64,000 nucleotides of DNA from an uncultured Nitrospiraceae bacterium (GCA_963846575.1 CAWJWJ010000002.1:1440001-1504000), one strand, 5' to 3'. Positions 46,964-57,327 are shown, counted from the stretch's first letter. Numbers and translations are program-made. Notes: generated by a model not told the origin, from the letters alone.

Positions 46964-48331
46964 CTAGTCCCGTGCCCTGTGAGGCGGCCCGGTTGAACGG
47001 GGCTGCTGCTTGCCCCGGGGATCGCGCCCCTCGTAAGTCGCCCGTTCATCGGAGAATGAAAACTTTCCATAGATCAGATACCCGTCGTATGCGCGCCCCG
47101 TTTCTCTGGTCCAACCCATGGTAAGCATCATCAGCATCGCGCAAAGCGACAGGGCCACGAGGAGCTTCGGGCTGAAACGGTCTCCGCCGCTCTCCGGCCG
47201 CTCCGGCCACCACAGGGCACGACCGGAAAACGATCGGAAAAAATAGGCCCAGTTCAGCAGGCCGAACAGGACGAGGACCGCGATGGCAAAATATTTGTTC
47301 GGTTGCATCTTTCCAAGCGGATTGATCGTCGCATCACTGAGCAGCGGAAAAAACGGCAGGTGCTGAAGCTGATAGGGCATGGAGAAGATCAGTCCGGCCA
47401 TGGTCACCACAACGAGGGAAACCGGGAGGACCAGCCGCCCGGTGGCCTGGGTCGAGAGGGCCGGCCTGACGGCGCGCCAGATGTAGAACGACCCGATCAC
47501 GATCAGGAGGCTGTACAGCAGGGCGACCAGGTCGAACAGCCCGGATCGGCCACCCAACATCAGCGTATGAAACACTTGCGGTTCCGTGTACCGGATCCGC
47601 AGGAGATACTGGTAGCCAAGGATCGGCATGATCAGCAATGCGCCGAATCCGATGGTGAAACAGACGCCGCCCGCCCAGCGATAAAACGTCCGATCCTCGT
47701 CCGTTTTGGCCCGTAACAGGCCGATGGCCGTCAGCGCTGCGAGGCCGAAGCCGGTCCAGGTGAGGTTGCCGAAGAATCGATGGACATCCAGATGAATCAT
47801 CGTCGGATTGAACACCACATTTGCAAAGTCATTGAGAGGCCGGGGCGTGAGCATGTAGGAGGCGACGATGTCGATCATCAACATGGCGATGAGCGACGCG
47901 GCTGCCGCGAGCCATCCAAAGCTGAGATGCCATCCCTTCCGCACCCGGTTCCGGGCGGCCCAGTCCCAGGAGTAATACCAGAGATAGGCGAAGACGGCCT
48001 CGGCCAGGAACAACGATGTTTCCAGAATGAGCGGCCAGAACATGATGCGAAAGAGGGTGCTCCAGAAGTGCGGCCAGAACACGTTCAGCGAGAAGATCAG
48101 AGCCACTCCCAGGAACGACACGGCGGCGGTCGTGAAGATCAAGGTGAAGGCGATGAGTCGGGACAACCGTTCGAAGCGCGGGTGCCTGGCCACGTAGCCG
48201 ATGGTTTCGCTCGCCGCGCCGATCAGGGTGGACCCGACAATGAAGGTTGCAAACAGGGCATGAGTGAGCGCCGCGGCCGCAATGGCGATCCGGCCGTACA
48301 TCATGGGAATATCGAGAGGCTCCACATCCAT
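46964..48331 (-). CDS. Cytochrome bd subunit I (CydA)-like membrane protein B
   Basis: Multi-TM; LTHALF, NPTMIHLDVHRFFGN and MGWTRETGR motifs equivalent to CydA heme-ligand regions. Confidence 0.8.
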   Translation of the reverse strand: MDVEPLDIPMMYGRIAIAAAALTHALFATFIVGSTLIGAASETIGYVARHPRFERLSRLIAFTLIFTTAAVSFLGVALIFSLNVFWPHFWSTLFRIMFWPLILETSLFLAEAVFAYLWYYSWDWAARNRVRKGWHLSFGWLAAAASLIAMLMIDIVASYMLTPRPLNDFANVVFNPTMIHLDVHRFFGNLTWTGFGLAALTAIGLLRAKTDEDRTFYRWAGGVCFTIGFGALLIMPILGYQYLLRIRYTEPQVFHTLMLGGRSGLFDLVALLYSLLIVIGSFYIWRAVRPALSTQATGRLVLPVSLVVVTMAGLIFSMPYQLQHLPFFPLLSDATINPLGKMQPNKYFAIAVLVLFGLLNWAYFFRSFSGRALWWPERPESGGDRFSPKLLVALSLCAMLMMLTMGWTRETGRAYDGYLIYGKFSFSDERATYEGRDPRGKQQPRSTGPPHRARD

Positions 48332-48335
48332 CGTG

Positions 48336-49586
48336 TCAGTTCCTTCCGGCGTCAAAATGGCCTGGATCTGATATCCCGCTGGGGCCCCGATCGGCGGCGG
48401 GCTGACGCAGTTCGTCCTGGAGGGAAATGCGGCCACGGACGGTATCGGGCCGGCGTGACGTTTCCCTGATGGTGCCCATCGTCAGATAAGTCAGGATCGA
48501 CAGGAGGCCGATTCCGAGCGCGAGGGGTCTGAACAGCGCGCTCGAGCCGTCGATGGCCCTGAAATATGTCCCGCCCCGGGCGATCAGGTACCACACAGTC
48601 ACTCCGATCAGCAGGAAGAGGAACAGCCGTCGCATCGGCGGAGAGCCGACCGAGGCCACCATCAGCAGCGTGCTCGCCACCATTCCGGCATCGTACCAGC
48701 GAGTGGTGGGGAGCGCAGGCCCCGCCGACCGTATGAGCAGGTAGTTGCCGAGAAAGAGCAGGCCGATCAGGATGAATTGCACATAGACGAAGGGCTGGTA
48801 GGGGCCTTGGATCAGTTGCTCGTACGCACCCGGTGCGGCCCGACGGAACAGCGTCGCGTACAACCATCCGGTAAGCGGTTGGAGGAGGAGGCTGGCCAGC
48901 CCGATGACCCAGCCGGTTTTGAAGAGGTGCAGGTAATAGGGGCGGACCTCTTGGTCTTGAGACCGCCCGGCTCGCCAGGCTCCATAGGCGGCGATCACAA
49001 ATCCGGCGATCACAAAATTGCCCCCCATCCGATGGAGCACCAGGGGGAGCCAGGTGTCGTTCAAGAGGTCGGCCCATGCTCCCTCTTCCGATACGGGGGT
49101 CAGCATGTAGGAGCCCATCCCGTCCAGCATGAAGACCCAGCAAAGCATGAGGAAGGCTGCCGATCCTCCCAGGGTCACGTGCAGCCTGTGGCTATAACCC
49201 CTGAGCCGTTCCCAGAAATGGTAATAGGGGTAGAGAAGCAGGAGTTGCAGGAAGAAGGCGCCCATGCCGAACCAGATCGGGAGGCGGAACTGATTCCACA
49301 TCCACATCGTCGTGACCGGGAAGAGGCCGATCATGAGGTCCAGCATGATCACGGCGAGAACGGTGCTCACACTGAACACGACGATCGTAAAGCGGGTCAG
49401 GGTGCGCGAAAGGTCGAGATCGAAGGGATTGGTGCGGCCTCTCCATTCGAGCCATGGGGCCAGCAGCATGAACGCGACCGAAGGCGCCGCGAGCGTGATG
49501 TGCAGCAGGCTGAATAGTCCCACGACCAGGCTGTTGCCCAGGAGCGGGAAGCGAATCGCTTCGAGTTCAGTTCCGAAACCATCCAT
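48336..49586 (-). CDS. Cytochrome bd subunit I (CydA)-like membrane protein A
   Basis: LLHITL, SYMLTP, VLHRMGGN, MGTIRETSRRP. Confidence 0.78.
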   Translation of the reverse strand: MDGFGTELEAIRFPLLGNSLVVGLFSLLHITLAAPSVAFMLLAPWLEWRGRTNPFDLDLSRTLTRFTIVVFSVSTVLAVIMLDLMIGLFPVTTMWMWNQFRLPIWFGMGAFFLQLLLLYPYYHFWERLRGYSHRLHVTLGGSAAFLMLCWVFMLDGMGSYMLTPVSEEGAWADLLNDTWLPLVLHRMGGNFVIAGFVIAAYGAWRAGRSQDQEVRPYYLHLFKTGWVIGLASLLLQPLTGWLYATLFRRAAPGAYEQLIQGPYQPFVYVQFILIGLLFLGNYLLIRSAGPALPTTRWYDAGMVASTLLMVASVGSPPMRRLFLFLLIGVTVWYLIARGGTYFRAIDGSSALFRPLALGIGLLSILTYLTMGTIRETSRRPDTVRGRISLQDELRQPAADRGPSGISDPGHFDAGRN

Positions 49587-49597
49587 AGGATATCGTC

Positions 49598-50608
49598 CTA
49601 CCGGTGAGACGGCGGACTATCGGCCTTCATGGACGCGACGAATGACGCCAGCATCATGCGTTCGTCGGCAGACAACTCCCCGCGGAACGACGGCATCATG
49701 TCCTTGCCCTGCGTGAGGATGTCGTAAATCTCAGTGCGCGTCAGGGCTCGAACCCTCGCCGTCCGCAGATTGGCCGGCAGCTGGTTCAGGTAGGGAGCCA
49801 CCGGACCGGTTCCCTCGCCGCCTTCGCCATGGCAGGGCAGGCAATTGATCCGAAACAATTCCCCGGCACGGTCGGGCAGCCGATCGGCGGCCAGGGCCGC
49901 GTGGGAGATCACGGTCCGGCTGTCCCGGGGAATGCTGCCGGATGGAGAATGCAATCGCGGAGCTTCCTGACTTTGATAGGATTGCTGCTCCTGCATGTCC
50001 TGAGAACAGCCCGCCGCCGCGAGACAGCAGAGCGTCAACATGGCCACGGTGTGAGCGGGGCTCTGTCCCTTGAGGAGCGGAAGGTCGCCGGAGACCGACC
50101 GGATATCCTGCGCGCCGGCTTCTTCCAGGATCCTCCTCACGGCTGCTGCCTGGCCGTCGCGAACATCCCGCACCGACAGGGCCAGCCGCCCCTCGTCAAT
50201 CCTGGCCTCACGATCGACGGTCAGATTCCGGGATCCCCTGATCCTGACGATCATGGTGACAAACGTCACCATGATCGCCATCAACATCATGGTTTCGTAG
50301 GAGATAATCCCCACCACTGGAGCCGCGACAATCGGTTTGCCACCCGTCATCAAGGGATAAAGAACCGCAGTGCCGGCGGCAAAAAACAGGCCGATCCCGA
50401 TGCCCACCAACCCTGCCGCGATCGTGAGTCCATAGGGCCAGAAGGGCGGGTGTGGCTGAGTTCTGGGATCGGCCAGCGGGATTGGAGAAAGGAGGGTGAT
50501 CTGCTCCTGGGAAATGCCGATCCTTTCCAATCGAAGGCGGGACGAATCGATGTCGGCATCCGGCGGGAAGAGCGCGAGCAGCCCGATCCTCGTCTGATTC
50601 TCAACCAT
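49598..50608 (-). CDS. actDE: Alternative complex III ActD-ActE fusion (DUF3341 plus monoheme cytochrome c)
   Basis: YPLMTGGKP...ISYETM (ActD); AGC-SQDMQEQ and CLPCH (ActE). Confidence 0.82.
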   Translation of the reverse strand: MVENQTRIGLLALFPPDADIDSSRLRLERIGISQEQITLLSPIPLADPRTQPHPPFWPYGLTIAAGLVGIGIGLFFAAGTAVLYPLMTGGKPIVAAPVVGIISYETMMLMAIMVTFVTMIVRIRGSRNLTVDREARIDEGRLALSVRDVRDGQAAAVRRILEEAGAQDIRSVSGDLPLLKGQSPAHTVAMLTLCCLAAAGCSQDMQEQQSYQSQEAPRLHSPSGSIPRDSRTVISHAALAADRLPDRAGELFRINCLPCHGEGGEGTGPVAPYLNQLPANLRTARVRALTRTEIYDILTQGKDMMPSFRGELSADERMMLASFVASMKADSPPSHR

Positions 50609-51920
50609 GGAGACGTCCTTCTTTCTCTTCCCAGATGGAAATGATCGGAACGAATTTGATGGCGAGCACGTAGAGAAGCACGGCGAGCGCGAAGGACCCG
50701 GCCATGATGGTCAGTTCCACCCAGGAGGGGAAATAATCGCTCCAGTTGTAGCTGAGCCGCGGATGCGCGAGGGGTGGAATGAGGATCAGCATCCGTTCGA
50801 TATACATTCCGACATTGATGCAGAGACCGATCAGCATCATGCCGACGGGCCAATGCCGGAACGCGGGAATGGTCAGCGTCATGAGCGGGAGCACATAGAT
50901 CAACAGGATCATGGTCCAGTGCGGCACGGCAAAGGGTCCGCTCATGAGCGAATGCAGGATGACCATGTGGTCCGGTACCTGGCCGTACCACACCGTCAAT
51001 TGGTCTGTAAAATAGAAATAGGCCAGGGTCAACGTCGTCACGACCATGAGCTTTCCGAGCTTGTCGAAATGCTCCAGGCGTATGTAGGTCTCCAGCCGGT
51101 AAGTCCGCCGCACCAGATAGAGACCGATGGCCACCATGCCCAGCCCGGAATGCACGGCGCCGACGACGAAGGAGGGCGCGATGATCGACGTGTGCCAGCC
51201 CGGCACCAGGGACATGCCGAAATCATAACCGACAATGGAGTGCACCGAAATCATGACCATCACGATCAGCGGGGTAATGATGCGGATGGCCGTGTTGAGC
51301 GCCTGCCATTGCTGCTGGGACCCCTGCCATCCAAGACTGAGCGCGGCATAGATCGGCCGGCGCCAGCCGCTGATGCGATCGCGGGCGAGCGCGAAATCCG
51401 GAATGAGCGGGAGATAGAGGTAAATCGTGCTGGCGGTCGCATAGGTAAACACCGCGGTGGCATCCCACATCAAGGGCGAACGGAAGTCGGGCCAGATTTC
51501 ACGCTGGTTGGGATAGGGAATCAGGTAATACCAGCGCCATGACCGGCCCAGGTGGTAGAAGACGAACAATGTGGCGATCACCACCGAAATGATCGTCATG
51601 AGCTCGGCGATGCGGGTGATCGGGCGGCGCCATTCGGCCTTGGAGAGGCGGAGAACTCCGGAAATGAACGTCCCCGAGTGACTGACGCCGATCCAGTACA
51701 CGAAGGACGCGATATAGGCGCTCCAGAAAATGGGAGGGTGAAGGTTGGTCTGCCCCATTCCGGTCTCGATCTGGTAGATCCAGGCCCCGGCCCCGGCGGA
51801 GACGACGGCGGCCAGACACACCACCAGCAGGACATAGCCGTGGCCCCCAGGGGCCAGCGGAGCCAGCAGATCCCGATTGATGGCCTGCATGTCTTTCCAG
51901 CCGGCGGATCCGTGATTCAT
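50601..51920 (-). CDS. actC: Alternative complex III ActC (NrfD/PsrC family)
   Basis: FVYWIGVSHSGTFIS, WRRPITRIAE, FRSPLMWD, SVHSIVGYDF. Confidence 0.9.
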   Translation of the reverse strand: MNHGSAGWKDMQAINRDLLAPLAPGGHGYVLLVVCLAAVVSAGAGAWIYQIETGMGQTNLHPPIFWSAYIASFVYWIGVSHSGTFISGVLRLSKAEWRRPITRIAELMTIISVVIATLFVFYHLGRSWRWYYLIPYPNQREIWPDFRSPLMWDATAVFTYATASTIYLYLPLIPDFALARDRISGWRRPIYAALSLGWQGSQQQWQALNTAIRIITPLIVMVMISVHSIVGYDFGMSLVPGWHTSIIAPSFVVGAVHSGLGMVAIGLYLVRRTYRLETYIRLEHFDKLGKLMVVTTLTLAYFYFTDQLTVWYGQVPDHMVILHSLMSGPFAVPHWTMILLIYVLPLMTLTIPAFRHWPVGMMLIGLCINVGMYIERMLILIPPLAHPRLSYNWSDYFPSWVELTIMAGSFALAVLLYVLAIKFVPIISIWEEKEGRLHG

Positions 51921-52639
51921 TCGTCCAACCGTTTGAGATAGGTAATCGCGGGATGCGTGCCCAACGATTCCAGCAGATGGAACCCTCTTCGGCTTTTCGA
52001 CATCTGTGCAACCTGACTGTCCGGATCATTTCCATCGCCGAACACGAGCGCCGTGGTCGGGCAAGACTGCACGCAGGCCGGCGTGATGTCTCCGTCGCGC
52101 ACAGGCCGGCCTTCGCGTTCCGCCTGCTCCTTGCCCTGCCTGATCCGTTGCACGCAAAACGTGCACTTTTCCATGATCCCGTTTTGGCGGACCGTCACAT
52201 CGGGGTTGAGTTGCTCTTGCAAAGGCGGGTCCCAATGCGGATCGAACCAGTTGAACTGCCGGGCGGTGTAGGGACAGTTGTTGCCGCAGTACCGGACTCC
52301 GATGCATCGGTTGTAGACCTGGGCGTTCAACCCCTCCGGCGTGTGATACGAGGCATAGACCGGGCAGACCGGCTCGCAGGGCGCATCCGCGCATTGCTGA
52401 CACAGCACGGGCATAAACTTCGCTTTGACGTCGGGATATTCGCCTTCCCAATACCGTTCGATGCGAATCCAGTTGATCGCACGGCCTTCCGCGGCTTCTT
52501 GCGCGCCGGAAATGCGAATGTTGTTTTCCGCATGGCAGGCGACGACACAGGCTTCACATCCGGTGCAACGATCGAGATCGATGACCATTTGCCAGCGGTG
52601 TGGCCGCGGTTCCGATGTGTGTTCGTGATCTGCGCTCAT
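51917..52639 (-). CDS. actB2: Alternative complex III ActB2 Fe-S subunit
   Basis: CTGCEACVVAC, CQQCADAPCEPVCP, CIGVRYCGNNCPY, MEKCTFC. Confidence 0.9.
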   Translation of the reverse strand: MSADHEHTSEPRPHRWQMVIDLDRCTGCEACVVACHAENNIRISGAQEAAEGRAINWIRIERYWEGEYPDVKAKFMPVLCQQCADAPCEPVCPVYASYHTPEGLNAQVYNRCIGVRYCGNNCPYTARQFNWFDPHWDPPLQEQLNPDVTVRQNGIMEKCTFCVQRIRQGKEQAEREGRPVRDGDITPACVQSCPTTALVFGDGNDPDSQVAQMSKSRRGFHLLESLGTHPAITYLKRLDE

Positions 52640-52702
52640 GAGACGTTCCTCCGGTTTGGCCCGATGCGTGGCACGATTAACGTGACGGTTCCGACCGGGC
52701 CG

Positions 52703-54907
52703 TCACCCCCCGGCCCTATGCGGTTTTTCAATCGAGAGCAAATCGGTCCCGGCGTTGGTCCCGGGATGCTCCAGGAGCACCAGATTGCCGGGAACCGCGA
52801 GCGGTTCGAGTCGAATCCTCGTCGCCCCGAGCGCCAGCGCGCCTGATTCCGCATCGAACAGCGGGGCCAGAATCGAGAGGGGATTGGCCCCCCTGTGACT
52901 CGCGTAGCGACCGTAGTCGGTATGACCCTGGCCGATCGGCATGGCAATGACGTCGGGCCTGATCCCGGGATAGTGCAGAGCCGGCGCATCGATGGATCCA
53001 TGCGGCGAATGGACGCGGACCATGTCGCCCTGGCGTATCCCGTATGACCGGGCCGTTGCCGGATTGATTTCCACCCAGCTCCCCCATATCGCGCTGGTCA
53101 GCGTATCCGGTAATTCCTGTAGCCACGGGAGATTCGCGCCGCGGCCCTGCCCGAGTGTCTGAGAGGGGTAGGGGTAGAAGTGCAGCGGAAAGTCGCGCAC
53201 GTCTCCGTCGAACTGCGCGGGCTCGTAGGCCGGCGGGAACAACCCCATTCGTAAGTGCTGCTTGCTGGTGGAACCGGACGGCCACCAGCCTCCCAGCTGA
53301 AGATGCTGTTCCCAGCGGGTTGCCGAGCCTGGAGGGGGCGACTCCGGGGACGGCGCGAGTCCATCCCACCGTTTCCTGAGCAGCTCAACAAAGCTGCGTG
53401 GGAGTTCGGTATCCGGATGCAAGCGTCGGGTCAGGTCCAGAACCGTCTCTCCCAGAGAGCGGGTATCGTAGAGCGGGGTGACGACCGGCTGAACGAGGCT
53501 CGCGCCTCGCCGCGGGGAGGAGCCGTCCTGAACATGGTCTCCCCAGGTTTCCAGCCGGGAATGGTCAGGAAGGATGAGATCGGCCATCGCGCTCGACTCG
53601 TCGAGGCACGTACTGAAACTTGCGATGAAGGAGGCGCTGGTAAAGAGTTGGCGGATGGGAATCGCCGCCGGCACCGTAAACAGCGGATTGCAATCATACA
53701 GCAGCAGCACCGGTCGCTGATTGCCGGCAGCGGTCGCTCGCGCGAGTTCTCCTATGCGTCGCTCGGAAAGCCACTCCACCTCCGTCCGCTCGCGAAAGGG
53801 CGCGTCGGAATACCAGCGGACGCCACCCTGCCGATTGAGGTTACCCGCCAGGATATTGAGACCGTTGATCGCGAGCTGGGCGGCAAAGGCGTCCGTATGT
53901 GCGCAGGCCGCTCCGCCGCCTATCGCCAGAGGATGTTCGGCGTCGGCGAACGTCCGGGCCATGTCCTGGATCTGGTCCAGCGGAATGTCCGTCCTCGCCG
54001 CCACTTCTCGAAGAGGAAGACTTCCGTAGAATCGTTCGAGCGCCGCCCGCTCTTTCGGGGACAGATCCGCTGTTCCCCCGGTCAACAGCAGTTGCCCGAT
54101 GCCGAGCGCGAGCAAGCCCTCGGTACCGGGCCTGATCGGAACCCACCGATCGGCATTGGCGCCGGTCAGTGACAGACGCGGCTCGATGTGAACGAAGCGG
54201 CCGCGCCGCGTGGGCCGGCCTTGCCGCATATGGCCGAACGCAATCCCGAACGCGACGGGCGATAACCATTGCTCGAGCAGTGGGGCACCGAACGACAAGA
54301 GATAGGTAGCCTGTGCGACATCGTACTGAGGAATGCCACGGACGCCGAATGCTCTCTGCCCGGCCGCCATGAGTGAGAGTTCCGAGTCCGGATCGTAGAA
54401 GAACAGTTTGCCGCCGACCGAACGCACGAAGGTGGACAGGAGGTCCGCCAGCGTTCCCGACAAGGGGCGGCTGATCATGATCACCTGGCCGTCGGCGCCT
54501 CGAAGTTTCTCGGCCAGCTGACTGACCCCCTCATCCCAGGAGGTGGCCGTCCAGTCTCCTTCCGCGCCGGCTGCGTGTCGACGAAGGGGACTGCGGACAC
54601 GGTCGGGGTTGTACAGGCGTTGCAGCGAGGCCTGGCCCTGCGCGCAGAGTTTGCCCTGATTCAACGGGTGCTCCGGATTGCCCTCGATCTTCTTCGCGCG
54701 TCCTTCCATCACCCGCACGATAATTCCACAGCCCGCCTGGCATTCTCCGCAGGTCGAGGCATACCAGTTTGCAATACCGGGTACGATCTCATCGTCGGGC
54801 AGGAGGTAGGGGACCAGATGACGAACTTCGGCATCGCAGCCGGGCAGCACCGTGCTGGCGGCAGTCAATCCGAGTGCTTTCATGAAAGTCCGGCGTTTTA
54901 CATCCAT
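52703..54907 (-). CDS. actB1: Alternative complex III ActB1 (molybdopterin-oxidoreductase-like)
   Basis: Tat signal RRTFMK with a lipobox Cys; CGECQAGC...C motif; WVEINP...GDMVRV C-terminal domain. Confidence 0.87.
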   Translation of the reverse strand: MDVKRRTFMKALGLTAASTVLPGCDAEVRHLVPYLLPDDEIVPGIANWYASTCGECQAGCGIIVRVMEGRAKKIEGNPEHPLNQGKLCAQGQASLQRLYNPDRVRSPLRRHAAGAEGDWTATSWDEGVSQLAEKLRGADGQVIMISRPLSGTLADLLSTFVRSVGGKLFFYDPDSELSLMAAGQRAFGVRGIPQYDVAQATYLLSFGAPLLEQWLSPVAFGIAFGHMRQGRPTRRGRFVHIEPRLSLTGANADRWVPIRPGTEGLLALGIGQLLLTGGTADLSPKERAALERFYGSLPLREVAARTDIPLDQIQDMARTFADAEHPLAIGGGAACAHTDAFAAQLAINGLNILAGNLNRQGGVRWYSDAPFRERTEVEWLSERRIGELARATAAGNQRPVLLLYDCNPLFTVPAAIPIRQLFTSASFIASFSTCLDESSAMADLILPDHSRLETWGDHVQDGSSPRRGASLVQPVVTPLYDTRSLGETVLDLTRRLHPDTELPRSFVELLRKRWDGLAPSPESPPPGSATRWEQHLQLGGWWPSGSTSKQHLRMGLFPPAYEPAQFDGDVRDFPLHFYPYPSQTLGQGRGANLPWLQELPDTLTSAIWGSWVEINPATARSYGIRQGDMVRVHSPHGSIDAPALHYPGIRPDVIAMPIGQGHTDYGRYASHRGANPLSILAPLFDAESGALALGATRIRLEPLAVPGNLVLLEHPGTNAGTDLLSIEKPHRAGG

Positions 54908-54952
54908 ACGCGCTCTGGCTCCCTTCTCAGGGACCGACCATGGAGGTCAGCT

Positions 54953-55471
54953 TCAGTGATGACAGGTCAGGCAGTCTTGAGAGGCGCCTCGCTGCTGATG
55001 GCAGGAGAGACACCACCCCATTTCAAACGTGGCCGCCCGGGGTGTACTGGTCATGTGGTCCACCTGGCCGTGGCATGTCGTGCACTGCAGTCCGTGGGCG
55101 AGGTGCCGCTCATGTGTGAAATACACAAAATCAGGCAGTCGCTGCAGCCGGACCCACGAGACCGGTCGTTGTTCGTTCCAGTGATCGAGCAAGGTCTGAA
55201 TGCCCGGATTGTTGGCGTCGATATTCTGATGGCATCCCATACAGAGCTTCAGGCTCGGGACGCTGGCTGTCGGTGATTGATGTGCGGAGCGATGGCAGAA
55301 CAGACAATCCAGCTTCAGTTGGCCGGCATGAACTTGATGACTGAAGGGGATGGGCTGCCGATCCTGGGCGGCCGAGTCTGCGCTGCCCTTTGAATAGAGG
55401 AGTCCAGCGACCAGTGCGGCTGTGGCGGCCAGTAGGAGAATGCCGAGGCTGTTCCACTTCGAACGATCCAT
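54953..55471 (-). CDS. actA: Alternative complex III ActA pentaheme cytochrome c
   Basis: TM anchor, QPIPFSHQVH, five CxxCH motifs, MGWCLSCH. Confidence 0.9.
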   Translation of the reverse strand: MDRSKWNSLGILLLAATAALVAGLLYSKGSADSAAQDRQPIPFSHQVHAGQLKLDCLFCHRSAHQSPTASVPSLKLCMGCHQNIDANNPGIQTLLDHWNEQRPVSWVRLQRLPDFVYFTHERHLAHGLQCTTCHGQVDHMTSTPRAATFEMGWCLSCHQQRGASQDCLTCHH

Positions 55472-55558
55472 GTACCAGTGTTGCCGATGGCGGTAGAGAG
55501 TACGTAGGACGCGCGCTACGCGCACGTCTTACATATCCTGAACTAGATGAGACTCCCA

Positions 55559-55689
55559 CTAGGGAACCCTCCTGCCTAGAGGGGCCCGCCCCGAGGACTA
55601 CGAGGAGATGGCTAGGGGACCTACTAGCTCCCACACCGAAACAGCATGAGTACAGTGAGGGGCGTCCAGCAGCCTAGGAAGTGCCGCAG
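55559..55689. promoter_or_regulatory. Three boxes (CTAGGGAACCCTCCTG 55559; CTAGGGGACCTACTAG 55612; CTAGGAAGTGCCGCAG 55674)
   Basis: Minus TATGTA at 55535 (gap 23) toward actA; plus TACAGT at 55651 (gap 23) toward the OMP-slp-ligD genes. Confidence 0.75.
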
Positions 55690-55923
55690 CAAGTATCGAC
55701 AGGCGGACGGAGGAGACTGGTCGTGCGTGGGCGACCGCTTGAAACCCGATTGACGGCATGATCAGATGAAGAGCAGAACAGGCGCCGAACCGCTCAGGAC
55801 AAGACCGGCGAGGCTGCTCGCAGGCTGGAGCTCAACATTCCGTCATCATTCCGTTATCCGATTATCCTGAACGGGTCTATCGAGCCGCAATCGGCTGCCC
55901 GAGTGAGAGAGATCGAGGACATC

Positions 55924-56559
55924 ATGACCGCATGGATCAGAACGACCACCATTGTGGTAGGCATCCTGCTCGTGGCAGGAGTCGCGCCGGTTCGTCCTGC
56001 GATGGCAGAATGGTATGTGGCGGGCCAGTTCGGCGCGAACTTTGCGGATCAACTCAGCGATATCCGGGGCACCGGCGGACTCAGCGGATTCAGGGCGCCG
56101 GATTTCGACATGCAGAATTCATTCGCGTATGGGGGAAAGCTGGGTTTGTTTCCAGGCAACGGCTGGTTCGGCCTGGAGCTCGACGTGTTCAATAGCACTC
56201 CTCACATCAAAAACCTCGACAATGTGCCCGGTATTCACATGCGGGTGACGAACGTGGGGGTCAATCTGCTGGCGCGGTACCCGGGTGTGACCTTCCAGCC
56301 CTATGCGGGAATCGGCGCCGGTGCGGCCATCGCGCGGATCGGTGATTCGGCCACCACCCGTGCCAATACCGACGTGTCATCCGCCCTGAACTTACTCATC
56401 GGCATCAGGGCCTTCGTCACGCCCTATGTCGCGGTTTTCACCGAATACAAATTCAGTCAATCGACGTTTGAGTTCGACAAGGCGTTCGGCCCGACGAGCG
56501 GATTCAATGGAAATTACGATGCGCAAATTCTGGTCACGGGTTTCTCCTATCACTTTTGA
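55924..56559 (+). CDS. Outer-membrane beta-barrel protein
   Basis: Signal peptide AMA-E; QPYAGIGAG; C-terminal SYHF. Confidence 0.82.
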   Translation: MTAWIRTTTIVVGILLVAGVAPVRPAMAEWYVAGQFGANFADQLSDIRGTGGLSGFRAPDFDMQNSFAYGGKLGLFPGNGWFGLELDVFNSTPHIKNLDNVPGIHMRVTNVGVNLLARYPGVTFQPYAGIGAGAAIARIGDSATTRANTDVSSALNLLIGIRAFVTPYVAVFTEYKFSQSTFEFDKAFGPTSGFNGNYDAQILVTGFSYHF

Positions 56560-57289
56560 ACAACGGGCATGGCCGCAAGACCTGGTCGCCGCGGTCCTGC
56601 TTCCCCTGTTCCTGTTGTGTGGCGCCTGCGCGCAAAGCGCGCATCAATCCGGCCGTGATTTGCTCGATCGTGTGCTACCGGACCGGGTGCAGCAGCAGGT
56701 CGATGAGTCCATCTCGTTCGCGGAGCTGAAGGCCGATCCCGCAGCCTACCAGGGCAAGACCATCATGGTGAGCGGCATCGTGCTGAAGAGTAAACGGGTG
56801 AAGGATCGAACGGAGATCGAAGTGTTGCAGATCCCGACCGGGTCCGGCGCCGTGCCGACCAAAGATCGAGCGAGGTCTCAGGGACGGTTTCTTGCGGTGA
56901 AGAGCGGGGAGTTCCTCGATCCGGCCGTGGTGGACGCGGGGACCCCGGTGACGGTGGTCGGTGAGGTGAGTCCAGCCGTGACCCGGGCCATGGACGAGGG
57001 CGAATACACCTATCCCGTTCTCGAAGTGAAACATCTGGTGGATTGGGATGAGGTCAATCCACAGATGCGCGCGGCGCCTTACGCCTATCCCTACGGTCGA
57101 TCCATGTACGCCTACCCCTATTCCTATTGGGGGCCGTACGGCGGATGGGGCGGCTGGTATGGCGGCTCTCCGGGCTACGGGTATGGATACCCCTTTTATG
57201 GGCCGTTCTACGGCATCGGGGGCGGGGGCGGTTCATCCGCTCCCAGCGGGCCGCCTCCGTCCTCCGCCCCGCCGCAGTTCAAAAAGTGA
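56519..57289 (+). CDS. Slp-family lipoprotein with Tyr/Gly/Pro-rich tail
   Basis: CGAC lipobox; YQGKTIMVSG, GRFLA, VTVVGEV, YTYPVL; start uncertain. Confidence 0.8.
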   Translation: MRKFWSRVSPITFEQRAWPQDLVAAVLLPLFLLCGACAQSAHQSGRDLLDRVLPDRVQQQVDESISFAELKADPAAYQGKTIMVSGIVLKSKRVKDRTEIEVLQIPTGSGAVPTKDRARSQGRFLAVKSGEFLDPAVVDAGTPVTVVGEVSPAVTRAMDEGEYTYPVLEVKHLVDWDEVNPQMRAAPYAYPYGRSMYAYPYSYWGPYGGWGGWYGGSPGYGYGYPFYGPFYGIGGGGGSSAPSGPPPSSAPPQFKK

Positions 57290-57327
57290 TCTGACGCACC
57301 CGCATCTCCTCGTGGAGCAGGCCAGCT

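Noticed and set aside
52703..54907. Nitrite oxidoreductase or nitrate reductase alpha subunit
   Set aside because: Too short, and the context (ActA, ActC, ActD/E) indicates ACIII.
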